36,582 nucleotides of DNA, taken from the NCBI GenBank assembly GCA_044222065.1, contig JBGAOA010000022.1, positions 1-36,582 on the forward strand, written 5' to 3'. Position 1 is the first letter of the stretch, and each line of letters starts with the position of its first letter. Of the stretch, positions 8,731-17,525 are shown piece by piece. Below the pieces are notes generated by a model. That model saw only the letters and a list, made by a program, of their open reading frames with translations, ran no database searches and was not told where the DNA came from. The stretch is from Candidatus Eiseniibacteriota bacterium. GTDB taxonomy: Bacteria; Eisenbacteria; RBG-16-71-46. The position numbers were made by a program, and so were the translations under genes.

Positions 8731-10833
8731 TCATCCGGCGAGCGCGAGTTCGAGCGGCTCGCGGAAGCCGGCGACGAGCGCGCGCTTGAGCGCCTCGTGC
8801 TCGGCCGCGAGCAGCTGCGGGTCGGCGGCGACGAGCGCGCGCGCAGCCGCCTGCGTGGATTCGAGCAGCGCCGCGTCGCGCGCCAGGTCCGCGAGCCGCA
8901 GCCGCGGCAGGCCGCTCTGACGCGTCCCCCACAGTTCGCCCGGACCGCGCAGCTTCAGGTCCTCCTCCGCGATCTCGAAACCGTCGTCTGTCGTCGCGAG
9001 CACCTCGAGCCGCCGCCGCGCCTCGGCGCCCGCGATCGCGCCCGGCACGAGCACGCACACCGAACGGTGCTCGCCGCGCCCCACGCGACCGCGCAGCTGG
9101 TGGAGCTGCGTGAGACCGAAGCGCTCGGCGTTCTCGATCACCATGAGCGTCGCGTTCGGCACGTCCACGCCCACCTCGATCACGGTCGTCGTGACGAGCG
9201 CGTGCACGTCGCCGCGCGCGAACCCGCCCATGACCGCCTGCTTCTCGTCGGCCTTGAGCCGCCCGTGCAGCAGCCCGAGCCGGAAGCGCGCGAGCAGCGG
9301 ATGGCTCGCGATCCGCCGGTACTCCGCCTCGGCGGCGCGGGCGCCGCCGCGCTCGCCCGCCTCGATCATCGGCAGAACGACGTAGCCCTGCCGGCCGGCC
9401 GCGAGCTCCTTCGCCATGAACTCGACGACCTGCGGGAACTTGGCCTCGCTCGCGATGCGGGTCACGAGCCGGCCGCGGCCGGCGGGGCGCACAGCGAGCA
9501 CGCTCACGTCGAGGTCGCCATAGGCCGCGAGCTGCAGCGTGCGCGGGATCGGCGTGGCGGTGAGCACGAGCACGTCCGGAAGAACGCGCTTGCCCGCGAG
9601 GCGCGCGCGCTGCCGCACGCCGAAGCGGTGCTGCTCGTCCACGATCGCGAGCCCGAGCCCCGGCATCTTCACGCGCTCTTCGAGCAGCGCGTGCGTGCCC
9701 ACGACGACGAGCGCCTCGCCCGCTTCGAGCCGCGATCCGAGCGCGCGACGCTCGGCGGCCGGTGTCGCGCCGGTGAGGACCGCGACCGGGACGCCCGCCG
9801 CTCCGCAGACGCGCGTGAGCGTCGCCGCGTGCTGGCGCGCGAGGATCTCGGTCGGCGCGAGCATCGCCGCGGTGTGCCCGCCCTCGACGACGTGCAGCGC
9901 GGCGAGCGCCGCGACGACGGTCTTGCCGCTGCCGACGTCGCCGAGCAGCATGCGGTGCATCGGGCGCGTCGCACGCAGGTCCGTGACGATCTCGTCGAGC
10001 GCGCGGCGCTGGTCCGGCGTGAGCCGGAACGGCAGCGCGCGCTCGGCTTCGCGGGCGAGCTCGCCCGGACCGTCGTGCGAGAGCCCGCGTCCCGCCTCGG
10101 ACAGCACGCGGCGGCGCAGCTGCATGACGCACTGGAGCAGGAACAGCTCCTCGAACGCGAGCCTCCGTCGCGCGCGCGCGAGCGCCGCCTCGTCGTCCGG
10201 GAAGTGGATCTGGCGCAGCGCCTCGCCGAGCGGACCGAAGCCCTCGCGCTCGCGGACCTCGGCGGGCAGCGGGTCCTCGAGGCGCTCGGCGACCGCGTCG
10301 AGCGCGTGCCGCACCGCGGAGCGCATTCCGCGCGCGGTCACGCCGCGCGTGAGCGCGTGCACCGGCACGAGCCGTCCGACGTGCAGCAGGTCGGCGACGT
10401 CGCCCTCGACGACCTCGAACGAGGGATTCACGAGCCGGTGCTCGTGCGCGTCCAGCTCGCCGCTCACGACCACTCGCAGCCCGGGCTTGAGCACGCGCGC
10501 GAGGAACGGCTGGCCGAAGAACCAGCAGCCGACCTGCGCACCGTCCTGCTCGAGCGTGATGCTGAAGTCGGTGCGCCCCGAGCGCGTGCGGATCGCCGCC
10601 GCGTGGCGCACGACGCCCTCCACGGTGACGACGCCGCCCGGGGCGAGCGCGCCGATCGGCACGAAGCGGCGCGCGTCGAGCCAGCGCAAGGGGTAGTGGC
10701 GCACGAGGTGCTCGAGCGTCACGAGCTCGAGCTTCTCGAACAGCCGGGCGCGCGCGGGCCCCACGCCCGGCAGGAACTGCAGCCGGTCCGAGGGCCCGAA
10801 ACGCGGGCGCGGTGCGTCGTGGGGCGCGGTCAC
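8731..10833 (-). CDS. recG: ATP-dependent DNA helicase RecG
   Basis: LPGVGP, HYPLRW, GDVGSGKT, DEQHRFGV, TATPIPRT, QLRGRVGRG and DLKLRGPGE motifs. Start placed at GTG 10833, shortly before homology begins. Confidence 0.96.
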   Translation of the reverse strand: MTAPHDAPRPRFGPSDRLQFLPGVGPARARLFEKLELVTLEHLVRHYPLRWLDARRFVPIGALAPGGVVTVEGVVRHAAAIRTRSGRTDFSITLEQDGAQVGCWFFGQPFLARVLKPGLRVVVSGELDAHEHRLVNPSFEVVEGDVADLLHVGRLVPVHALTRGVTARGMRSAVRHALDAVAERLEDPLPAEVREREGFGPLGEALRQIHFPDDEAALARARRRLAFEELFLLQCVMQLRRRVLSEAGRGLSHDGPGELAREAERALPFRLTPDQRRALDEIVTDLRATRPMHRMLLGDVGSGKTVVAALAALHVVEGGHTAAMLAPTEILARQHAATLTRVCGAAGVPVAVLTGATPAAERRALGSRLEAGEALVVVGTHALLEERVKMPGLGLAIVDEQHRFGVRQRARLAGKRVLPDVLVLTATPIPRTLQLAAYGDLDVSVLAVRPAGRGRLVTRIASEAKFPQVVEFMAKELAAGRQGYVVLPMIEAGERGGARAAEAEYRRIASHPLLARFRLGLLHGRLKADEKQAVMGGFARGDVHALVTTTVIEVGVDVPNATLMVIENAERFGLTQLHQLRGRVGRGEHRSVCVLVPGAIAGAEARRRLEVLATTDDGFEIAEEDLKLRGPGELWGTRQSGLPRLRLADLARDAALLESTQAAARALVAADPQLLAAEHEALKRALVAGFREPLELALAG

Positions 10834-10960
10834 GATCGCGCTTCGTAGCGCATGCGCGGGTCGATCGCAAACGCGAGGGCCCCTCGGCCGGACCTCCGCG
10901 CGGCCCCGCATCGCCCGGCGGAAGCGCGATCCGACACGCCCGCTTCCGGCATTTTTCCCG

Positions 10961-10989
10961 TTGACATGCGCGCGCGCCGAGCCGATGGT
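10961..10989 (+). promoter_or_regulatory. Candidate sigma70-type promoter for the TonB-dependent receptor operon
   Basis: AT-rich ATTTTT upstream, TTGACA (10961-10966), 17 bp spacer, weak -10 GATGGT. Confidence 0.45.
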
Positions 10990-11266
10990 GCGCGTGACGG
11001 GCGTACCGCGCCGCGACGGCGCGTGTGCCGAGCTTCGCTCCGCCCTCCCCCGCGCCTCCCCGCGCGACTCACCGATCCGCTCGCGTCCGCGACCTCGCGC
11101 GCGCCGCCACTGCGGCGATCCCACGCGCGGCGTTCCGAACGCGAACGGGGCCCCCTGCGACGATCGAACACGGGCGCTTGCCCCGCCCGCGTGCGTCCGG
11201 CAGCGCATGCGTGCGTTCCGTCCCCGGTCCTGAGGACCGGCGCTTTGCCGCTCGGGGGTCGTCTCG

Positions 11267-14047
11267 ATGCATCGCTCTCCCGCTCGCCCGCACCGTCTCG
11301 GGCGCGCGTGGTCCGGCCGCGCGATTCGCAGCGCGCTCGCCGTGCTCGCGCTCGTCCTCGTCTCCGCTCCCGCGCCGGCCGCCGACGCGCCGCCGGCACC
11401 GAAGCCCGCCGCCACGACCGGACGCGTCACCGGCCGCGTGCTCAACAAGGACGGCCAGCCCGTCGAGTGGGCGTCGGTCCGGATCCCCGCGCTCAAGGCC
11501 GGCACCGCGACCGACGAGAACGGCCGCTACGTGCTCGAGCGCGTTCCGGCCGGGACGTGGACGATCGTCGCCGGCGACGGTCTGACGATTCCCGTGACGA
11601 GCCGCGAGGTCCCGGTGCTCGCGGGCTCGACGGCGATCGCCGACTTCCGCGCCACCTCCGACGCGGTGCACACGCTGCAGACGATCGACGTGACGAGCGA
11701 GCGCAAGGTGGACCCGGGCCGCGTCTCGACCGAGACGCGCATCGGCGCGAACAAGCTCGCCGAGATGAAGGCCGAGAACCTCACCGAGGCGGTCGCGAAG
11801 GTGATGGGCGTGGTCGCGAGCGCGGACGGCATCCACGTGCGCGGCGGGCGCGCGAACGAGGTCAAGACCGTCGTCAACGGCGTGCCCTCGAACGACGCGC
11901 TCACCGAGCGCAGCCCCGACGTCGCGGTGCTCGCCGTGAGCAGCCTCAACGTCACGACGGGCGGCATGGACGCCGAGATCGGCGACGCGCTCTCGGGCGT
12001 GATCGCGGTCGAGACGCGCGAGGGCTCCGACCGCTTCGGCGGCGAGGTGCGCTGGGACGCGGACCGCTTCGGCGACCTCACGAAGACGTTCGACCACTAC
12101 GACCGCGTGACGTTCGGCTTCGGAGGCCCGACCCCGGTCAAGAACCTCACCTACTTCACGACCTACGAGGGCGCGTTCTCGGACGGCTACCTCGCCTCGT
12201 CGCTCACGAAACCCTCGACGACGCTGTTCGACTTCGTGCGCTTCGGGAACCGCCAGAACAACCGCGTGAACGGCAGCTTCAAGGCGGCCTGGAAGCCGTC
12301 CACGGAGCACAAGCTGACGTTCGAGGTGCTGAAGAGCCGCTCGATCTCGACGCCGTACGACCACGCGTGGAGCCGGTCGGGCTTCGTGCAGGTGGCTTAC
12401 GACACGAGCGAGGGGACGAACGGGGCGCCGCCCGTCGTGACGCCGATCTACGGCAACTGGTCCGCCACGCCGCTCGATTCCACCTACCAGTTCATGAACC
12501 TGCCCGATCACGTGCCGACGCAGGAGGACCGCTACCAGCAGTTCAACCTCGCCTACCAGCGCCAGCCCTCGAGCACGACGTCGTGGACGCTGCGGCTCTC
12601 GCAGTTCGGCTTCTCGACGCTGCAGTCGGTCGGCCGCAAGGAGCCGTGGGAGTACGACACGCAGGCGCCGTTCTACTGGTCCGGGAACACGGAGCCCGGC
12701 ACCGAGAACAACCCGTACTTCGCGACGCACGGCGACCTCCCCGCGTTCGTGCGCAGCCGCTCGAGCACGTGGTTCTTGAAGAGCGACGTGCAGACGACGT
12801 CGTGGAAGGCGCACAACGCGAAGGCCGGCTTCGAGGTGAAGTACAACGAGCTCGACAACCTGTCGCTGCTCGGGCCCAACAACGAGACGAACGGACTGCC
12901 GGGCGCGACGCGTTCGAGCTACCACTACTTCAACCCCGAAGCCGCGGTGTACGTGCGCGACCGGTGGAGCTTCGAGGGCATGATCCTCAACGCCGGCGTG
13001 CGCTGGGAGATGTTCTCGCCCGGGGCCCAGATCACCGACGCCGACCTGCCGAGCGGACGGCGCTACAAGGCGCAGTGGAGCCCGCGCCTCGGGATCGCGT
13101 TCCCGGTGTCCGATCGCGACGCGCTGTCGTTCTACTACGGCTGGGTCAGCCAGACGCCCGCGCGCTCGCAGATCTTCGAGAACCGCGGCGCGCTCGCGGC
13201 CGTCGCGATCCGCGGCAATCCCGATCTCGAGCCGCAGACGACGGTGTCGTACCAGGCCGGACTCCAGCACGTCTTCTCGCGCGACCTGAGCGGCCAGTTC
13301 GCGGTGTTCTTCAAGGACATCTTCGGGCTCATCGCGACCCGCACGCAGTCGGACGAGGCGGGCAACCTGCTGCCGGTGTTCGTCAACAACGACTACGCCA
13401 GCTCGCGCGGCTTCGAGGCGAGCCTCACGAAGGCGTTCAGCCACCACTTCTCGAGCGACTTCAACTACACGTACTCGCTCTCGAACGGCCTCGCCTCCGA
13501 TCCGACGTCCGCGCTGCAGTTCATCAACGGCGGGCGGCTCTACCTGCCGATCAGCGAGCTGCCGCTCGCCTGGGACCAGCGCCACACGCTGAACGCGAAC
13601 CTGCTGCTGCGCGTCGAGGGGCGCTACGGCGTGCGCGTCGCGTGGGAGTACGGCAGCGGACTGCCGTTCACGCCCGCCTACCGCAACGAGCGCCGCCAGG
13701 ATCCGGCGGCGACGAACTCGCGCCGCCAGCCGTCGCGAACGGTCCTGAACGTGGACGGCGACAAGTACTACCGCGTGTGGGGACGTCCGGTGACGCTGTT
13801 CTTCGACGTCCGCAACCTGCTCGACGCGCGGAACCTCTCGGTGATCTCGCCGGGCGGAGTCGCGAACCCGAACGTGAACCTCGCGGGGGACGACTACACG
13901 ATCTACTTCACCGAAACCGGGCGCGCCGGGGGCGCCTACCTGCAGGACACCAACGGGGACGGCACGCTCGACTGGGTCGCGCTGCACGACCCCCGCGTCT
14001 TCGAGGAGGGCCGCCGTGTGCGTCTCGGCTTCAGCACGTCGTTCTGA
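11267..14047 (+). CDS. TonB-dependent outer-membrane receptor with N-terminal carboxypeptidase-regulatory-like domain
   Basis: Signal peptide; GRVTGRV...TDENGRY domain; TonB-box-like LQTIDVT; plug IHVRGGRANE; SPRLGIAF; GNPDLEPQ; NLLD; terminal beta-strand RLGFSTSF ending in Phe. Confidence 0.93.
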   Translation: MHRSPARPHRLGRAWSGRAIRSALAVLALVLVSAPAPAADAPPAPKPAATTGRVTGRVLNKDGQPVEWASVRIPALKAGTATDENGRYVLERVPAGTWTIVAGDGLTIPVTSREVPVLAGSTAIADFRATSDAVHTLQTIDVTSERKVDPGRVSTETRIGANKLAEMKAENLTEAVAKVMGVVASADGIHVRGGRANEVKTVVNGVPSNDALTERSPDVAVLAVSSLNVTTGGMDAEIGDALSGVIAVETREGSDRFGGEVRWDADRFGDLTKTFDHYDRVTFGFGGPTPVKNLTYFTTYEGAFSDGYLASSLTKPSTTLFDFVRFGNRQNNRVNGSFKAAWKPSTEHKLTFEVLKSRSISTPYDHAWSRSGFVQVAYDTSEGTNGAPPVVTPIYGNWSATPLDSTYQFMNLPDHVPTQEDRYQQFNLAYQRQPSSTTSWTLRLSQFGFSTLQSVGRKEPWEYDTQAPFYWSGNTEPGTENNPYFATHGDLPAFVRSRSSTWFLKSDVQTTSWKAHNAKAGFEVKYNELDNLSLLGPNNETNGLPGATRSSYHYFNPEAAVYVRDRWSFEGMILNAGVRWEMFSPGAQITDADLPSGRRYKAQWSPRLGIAFPVSDRDALSFYYGWVSQTPARSQIFENRGALAAVAIRGNPDLEPQTTVSYQAGLQHVFSRDLSGQFAVFFKDIFGLIATRTQSDEAGNLLPVFVNNDYASSRGFEASLTKAFSHHFSSDFNYTYSLSNGLASDPTSALQFINGGRLYLPISELPLAWDQRHTLNANLLLRVEGRYGVRVAWEYGSGLPFTPAYRNERRQDPAATNSRRQPSRTVLNVDGDKYYRVWGRPVTLFFDVRNLLDARNLSVISPGGVANPNVNLAGDDYTIYFTETGRAGGAYLQDTNGDGTLDWVALHDPRVFEEGRRVRLGFSTSF

Positions 14048-14050
14048 TCC

Positions 14051-16987
14051 ACGCTTCCCCGGGTTCCCCCGCCGCGCGCGGCGGCCGCCGCGCTCGCGCT
14101 CGCGTGCGTGCTCGCGTTCGCCGGCGCGCCCGCGGCCGTCGCCGACGAGAACGAGGTCCCGGGCGCGTTCCGCGACGCGCCGGAGCTGGGCCTCACGCCC
14201 GAACAGCTGCGCGCGCTCTTCGCGCCGCCGGGCGGCGGCTCGCGCACCCCGGGCCGCTACGCGATCCCGGACGTGTTCGGTCACGGCGCCGTGCTCGACG
14301 TCGGCAAGGTCGTGATGAAGGTCACGAACTTCGGATGCGTCGGGAATCCGTTCGTGAGCTCGAGCGATCCTTCGTGCCAGTGGCCGGGCGCCTCGGGCAA
14401 TGAGTACATGAACCTGCTCACGCTCGGCATCGGCGCCGTGAACCCGCAGGCGAGCGACCCGATCGCGATCCGGCGCGTGTCGTTCTTCCAGGAGATGCGG
14501 CCCGCCACGCTCGAGCCCGAGGACCGCATCTACCCCGCGTACGACGGCATCGTGAACGGCGTCCGCTACGGCAACGACGACTCGGACTTCGATCCGTACG
14601 GCAAGCCGCGCATCGACGAGGACTTCCTCGACGGCCGCGACAACGACGGCGACGGCCGCGTGGACGAGGACTTCGGCGCGCTCGGCCAGAAGATGTTCTC
14701 GCTCGTCATGCGCGACGACACGCCCGAGGCGCTGAACTTCGCGCAGGCGGAGCCGCACGTGCCGCTGGGCATCGAGCTTCGCCAGCGCGCCTGGGCCTAC
14801 TCGCTGTCGCAGTTCGAGAACTTCAACGTGCTCGAAACGCAGGTCACGAACGTCTCGGGCCACGAGCTGGACAGCCTCGTCGTCGGGTTCTTCTCGGACC
14901 TCGACGCGGGCGCGCCACTCCACGACCCCGGCTACTTCAACGACGACTTCGACGTCCCGGGCTATCCCCAGGGCGAGTTCCGTTACGTGCTGCCCGAAAC
15001 CGATTCGCGGCGCCAGGCGATCCACTCGGCCGCGCTCTACGGCACCTATCCGGCGGGAACGCCGCTCTGCAACAGCATCCCGATCCGCGTGAACGGCTAC
15101 TCGGTCGCCGACGACAACGGCGACGAAGGCACGACGGACGGCGTCGTGTCGGTGCTGCTGTTCGACCACACGACCGATCCGCTCGGCGAGAGCGGCCCGT
15201 CGCGCGTGGGCTGGCGCAGCTACCGCTCCTATCCGCGGGGCACGGCCTACGTGCAGCGCGGCGGACCGGCGATCGACCAGCAGCGCTTCGAGCTGCTCAC
15301 GAGCACCGAGAACATCGTGCTCGATGGCGACCCCGAGACGAATCCGATGTACGGCTTCGTCGAGCAGGCGCAGGGCGATCAGAAGGGCGACTACCGCGCA
15401 TGGACGGGCGTCGGGCCGTACCGGCACGTGCAGCACGGCCAGTCGGTGACGGTCACGATCGGGATCAGCGTCTCTCCCGGCACGCTGCGGCTCGCCTCGG
15501 CCTACCCGGCCGCCTACCGCCGCTACCTGACCGGACAGCTGACGCAGCAGGCGCTGTTCGAACAGTTCCCGTCCGTCGCCACCGCGTTCGCGGCCCAGGT
15601 CGCGTTCGAGGGCATCTGGGAGCGGCGCGGCGGCTTCGACGTGACGGACGACCACGGCCGCGAGACGGAAGTGTGCGTACCGCTCACAGGCCAGACCGTG
15701 ATGCTCGGCGACTGCCGCGACGGCGAGAACGTGCGCTCGATCGCTCCCGGGCAGTGCGCGTGGTTCGACTTCGACTGCGACTACTGCACCGGCGTCTACG
15801 ACTCGCAGACGGGCATCGGGCTCTTCCACAAGTACTGGAACGCCTCGGCGCCGCCGCCGAATCCCAACACGAACGTCTCGACCGGCTACAACTTCTCGGA
15901 CAATCCGAACCGCACCTACGCGCCGGGCGAGGACGGCGCCGTCCTGCTCGCGTGGGACAACCTGTCGGAGACCACCCCCGACCCGTCCGAGTCGCGCGAG
16001 TTCGACTTCCGCGGCTACAAGATCTGGAAAGCGGCCGGCTGGACGCGGCCGACGGGATCGCCGGGCCCCGCCGACGACCAGTGGTCGCTGCTCGCCGAGT
16101 ACCGGTTGTTCGACTACCGCAACGACCGCTCGCACGAGCCGATCGCCGACAACCGCTACTGGCTGCGCGTGAGCGCGTCGGAATCCACGCTCGTGTGCCC
16201 GCGCGTGTGGGTCCCGCTCCTCGACGACTCGATGGACGTGTGCCTGCGCCGCGGCGACTTCTTCGACCGCCAGAGCGGCACGATCCTGCGCCCCGACACG
16301 ACGCGGCCGTGCGTCGGCTCGCCGGACTGCGAGACCGAGGTCGGGAACGCCGCCGGGTACTCGCGCGCACCGCTCGTGATCTCGGAGCGGCGGACGAAGT
16401 ACCCGATCGGCCGCTACCGCTACGTGGATCACGAAGTGCGCAACGGCTTCATGTACTTCTACGCGATCACGGCGTTCGACTCGAGCAAGTCCGAAAGCGG
16501 CGTGACGACGGAACTCGAGGGACGGCGCGCCGCGGTCGAGGCCGAGGCCGTCGTGCCGCAGGCGGGCACGAAACCGCGCGGCGTCTGGGTCGTGCCGAAT
16601 CCGTATCGCGGCTTCGCCGACATCGCCCACCGCTCGTCGGCGTGGGACCTGACGCCGAACGCCTCCGATCCGACGGGAACGCACGTGGACTTCGTCGGCC
16701 TGCCGCCCGGGCACTGGAGGATCCGCATCTACACGGTCTCGGGGGACCTCGTTCAGGAACTCCACCCCGAGGACGCCGTCAACGAATCGGTGCGGGGACC
16801 GGTGACGCTGCCGAGCGGCCAAGCCGTGCCCGGCTACAACCGCCAGCAGGACACCCCGAACGACGGACAGGCCCGATGGAACCTGATCTCGCGGAACGGG
16901 CAGGACGTCGTGAGCGGGATCTACCTCTACACGGTCGAGTCCGACGGAGGCGACGTGCAGCGCGGGCGCTTCGTGATCGTGCGCTAG
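14051..16987 (+). CDS. Large secreted protein (about 980 aa) with DxDxDG Ca-binding-type motif and T9SS type A/FlgD-Ig-like C-terminal domain
   Basis: ORF track start is GTG 14108, but the hydrophobic signal region extends upstream in frame to ACG 14051. Contains DGRDNDGDGRVDED, an Fn3-like LAWD...FRGYKIWK segment, and a C-terminal VVPNPY...IRIYTVSGDLV...WNLISRNGQDVVSGIYLY segment. Start codon uncertain. Confidence 0.8.
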   Translation, partial: TLPRVPPPRAAAAALALACVLAFAGAPAAVADENEVPGAFRDAPELGLTPEQLRALFAPPGGGSRTPGRYAIPDVFGHGAVLDVGKVVMKVTNFGCVGNPFVSSSDPSCQWPGASGNEYMNLLTLGIGAVNPQASDPIAIRRVSFFQEMRPATLEPEDRIYPAYDGIVNGVRYGNDDSDFDPYGKPRIDEDFLDGRDNDGDGRVDEDFGALGQKMFSLVMRDDTPEALNFAQAEPHVPLGIELRQRAWAYSLSQFENFNVLETQVTNVSGHELDSLVVGFFSDLDAGAPLHDPGYFNDDFDVPGYPQGEFRYVLPETDSRRQAIHSAALYGTYPAGTPLCNSIPIRVNGYSVADDNGDEGTTDGVVSVLLFDHTTDPLGESGPSRVGWRSYRSYPRGTAYVQRGGPAIDQQRFELLTSTENIVLDGDPETNPMYGFVEQAQGDQKGDYRAWTGVGPYRHVQHGQSVTVTIGISVSPGTLRLASAYPAAYRRYLTGQLTQQALFEQFPSVATAFAAQVAFEGIWERRGGFDVTDDHGRETEVCVPLTGQTVMLGDCRDGENVRSIAPGQCAWFDFDCDYCTGVYDSQTGIGLFHKYWNASAPPPNPNTNVSTGYNFSDNPNRTYAPGEDGAVLLAWDNLSETTPDPSESREFDFRGYKIWKAAGWTRPTGSPGPADDQWSLLAEYRLFDYRNDRSHEPIADNRYWLRVSASESTLVCPRVWVPLLDDSMDVCLRRGDFFDRQSGTILRPDTTRPCVGSPDCETEVGNAAGYSRAPLVISERRTKYPIGRYRYVDHEVRNGFMYFYAITAFDSSKSESGVTTELEGRRAAVEAEAVVPQAGTKPRGVWVVPNPYRGFADIAHRSSAWDLTPNASDPTGTHVDFVGLPPGHWRIRIYTVSGDLVQELHPEDAVNESVRGPVTLPSGQAVPGYNRQQDTPNDGQARWNLISRNGQDVVSGIYLYTVESDGGDVQRGRFVIVR

Positions 16988-17099
16988 GGCTCCCCCGGGC
17001 GCGGCGCGCCTTGCGGCGCACGCGCCCCGAGTGCCGCCGGCGGGAGCTCACGATGGGAGCCTCCCCCGGCGGCCGGGCAGGCCGCCGCCGGGGCGTGCG

Positions 17100-17128
17100 T
17101 TGCGCGCCCCGGCGGCCCTTGCTACAGT
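17100..17128 (+). promoter_or_regulatory. Sigma70-type promoter of rpmB with extended -10
   Basis: TTGCGC (17100-17105), 17 bp spacer, TACAGT (17123-17128) preceded by TGc. Confidence 0.65.
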
Positions 17129-17198
17129 GCCGCGTCCTTTTTCGGCAGGCATGCGTTCACCCGGCCCGGCCGGGGTCCGTGAAGCGGGAGGTTTCGTC

Positions 17199-17423
17199 GT
17201 GGCTCAGCGTTGTTCGATCTGCAACAAGGGTGCGATGTCCGGCAATCAGGTGAGCCACGCTCACAACATCAGCAAGCGCCGCTGGAACCCGAACCTCCAG
17301 CGCGTCCGCGCGATGGTCGAGGGCCGGGTCAAGATGATCGACGTCTGCACGCGGTGCCTGCGCTCTAACAAGGTCACGAAGGCCGCCCGCGGGCGCCACA
17401 AGTCGGCCACGTCGGCCGCCTGA
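17199..17423 (+). CDS. rpmB: 50S ribosomal protein L28, zinc-binding (C+) form
   Basis: MAQRCSICNK..GNQVSHAHNISKRRWNPNLQ..VCTRCLRS; GGGAGG RBS before GTG 17199. Confidence 0.96.
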   Translation: MAQRCSICNKGAMSGNQVSHAHNISKRRWNPNLQRVRAMVEGRVKMIDVCTRCLRSNKVTKAARGRHKSATSAA

Positions 17424-17440
17424 TCCGGACCCGAAGACCA

Positions 17441-17470
17441 ACGAGGGCCCTCCTTGCGGAGGGCCCTCGT
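17441..17470. terminator. Perfect 13-bp hairpin between convergent rpmB and the TPR gene (likely terminator)
   Basis: ACGAGGGCCCTCC-TTGC-GGAGGGCCCTCGT; the loop reads GCAA (GNRA) on the minus strand; U-tracts are weak. Confidence 0.7.
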
Positions 17471-17525
17471 GGCGTTTGGAGCCGGAGCGGGCGGGGTTCG
17501 GGACCCGCCGGTGCCCCGGCTCCGG

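Noticed and set aside
11100..11125. GCCACTG in the TBDR leader, reminiscent of a cobalamin riboswitch
   Set aside because: The other conserved elements (GGGAA, CCCGC-ACTGT, AGYCAGRA-ACC) were not found.
14045..14047. TGA as selenocysteine or readthrough producing a TBDR-partner fusion
   Set aside because: The TBDR ends in a canonical terminal Phe strand and the downstream sequence is a separate signal peptide; there is no Sec-type catalytic context.
11069..16822. 1917-aa minus-strand ORF
   Set aside because: Antisense shadow of the TBDR and partner, which share one frame. High GC3 removes stops on the opposite strand, and the product is R/V/A-rich with no motifs.
16997..17075. Two imperfect GC hairpins after the partner gene as a possible ncRNA
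   Set aside because: Imperfect stems are expected at this GC content, and there is no U-tract or recognisable family. At most a weak terminator.
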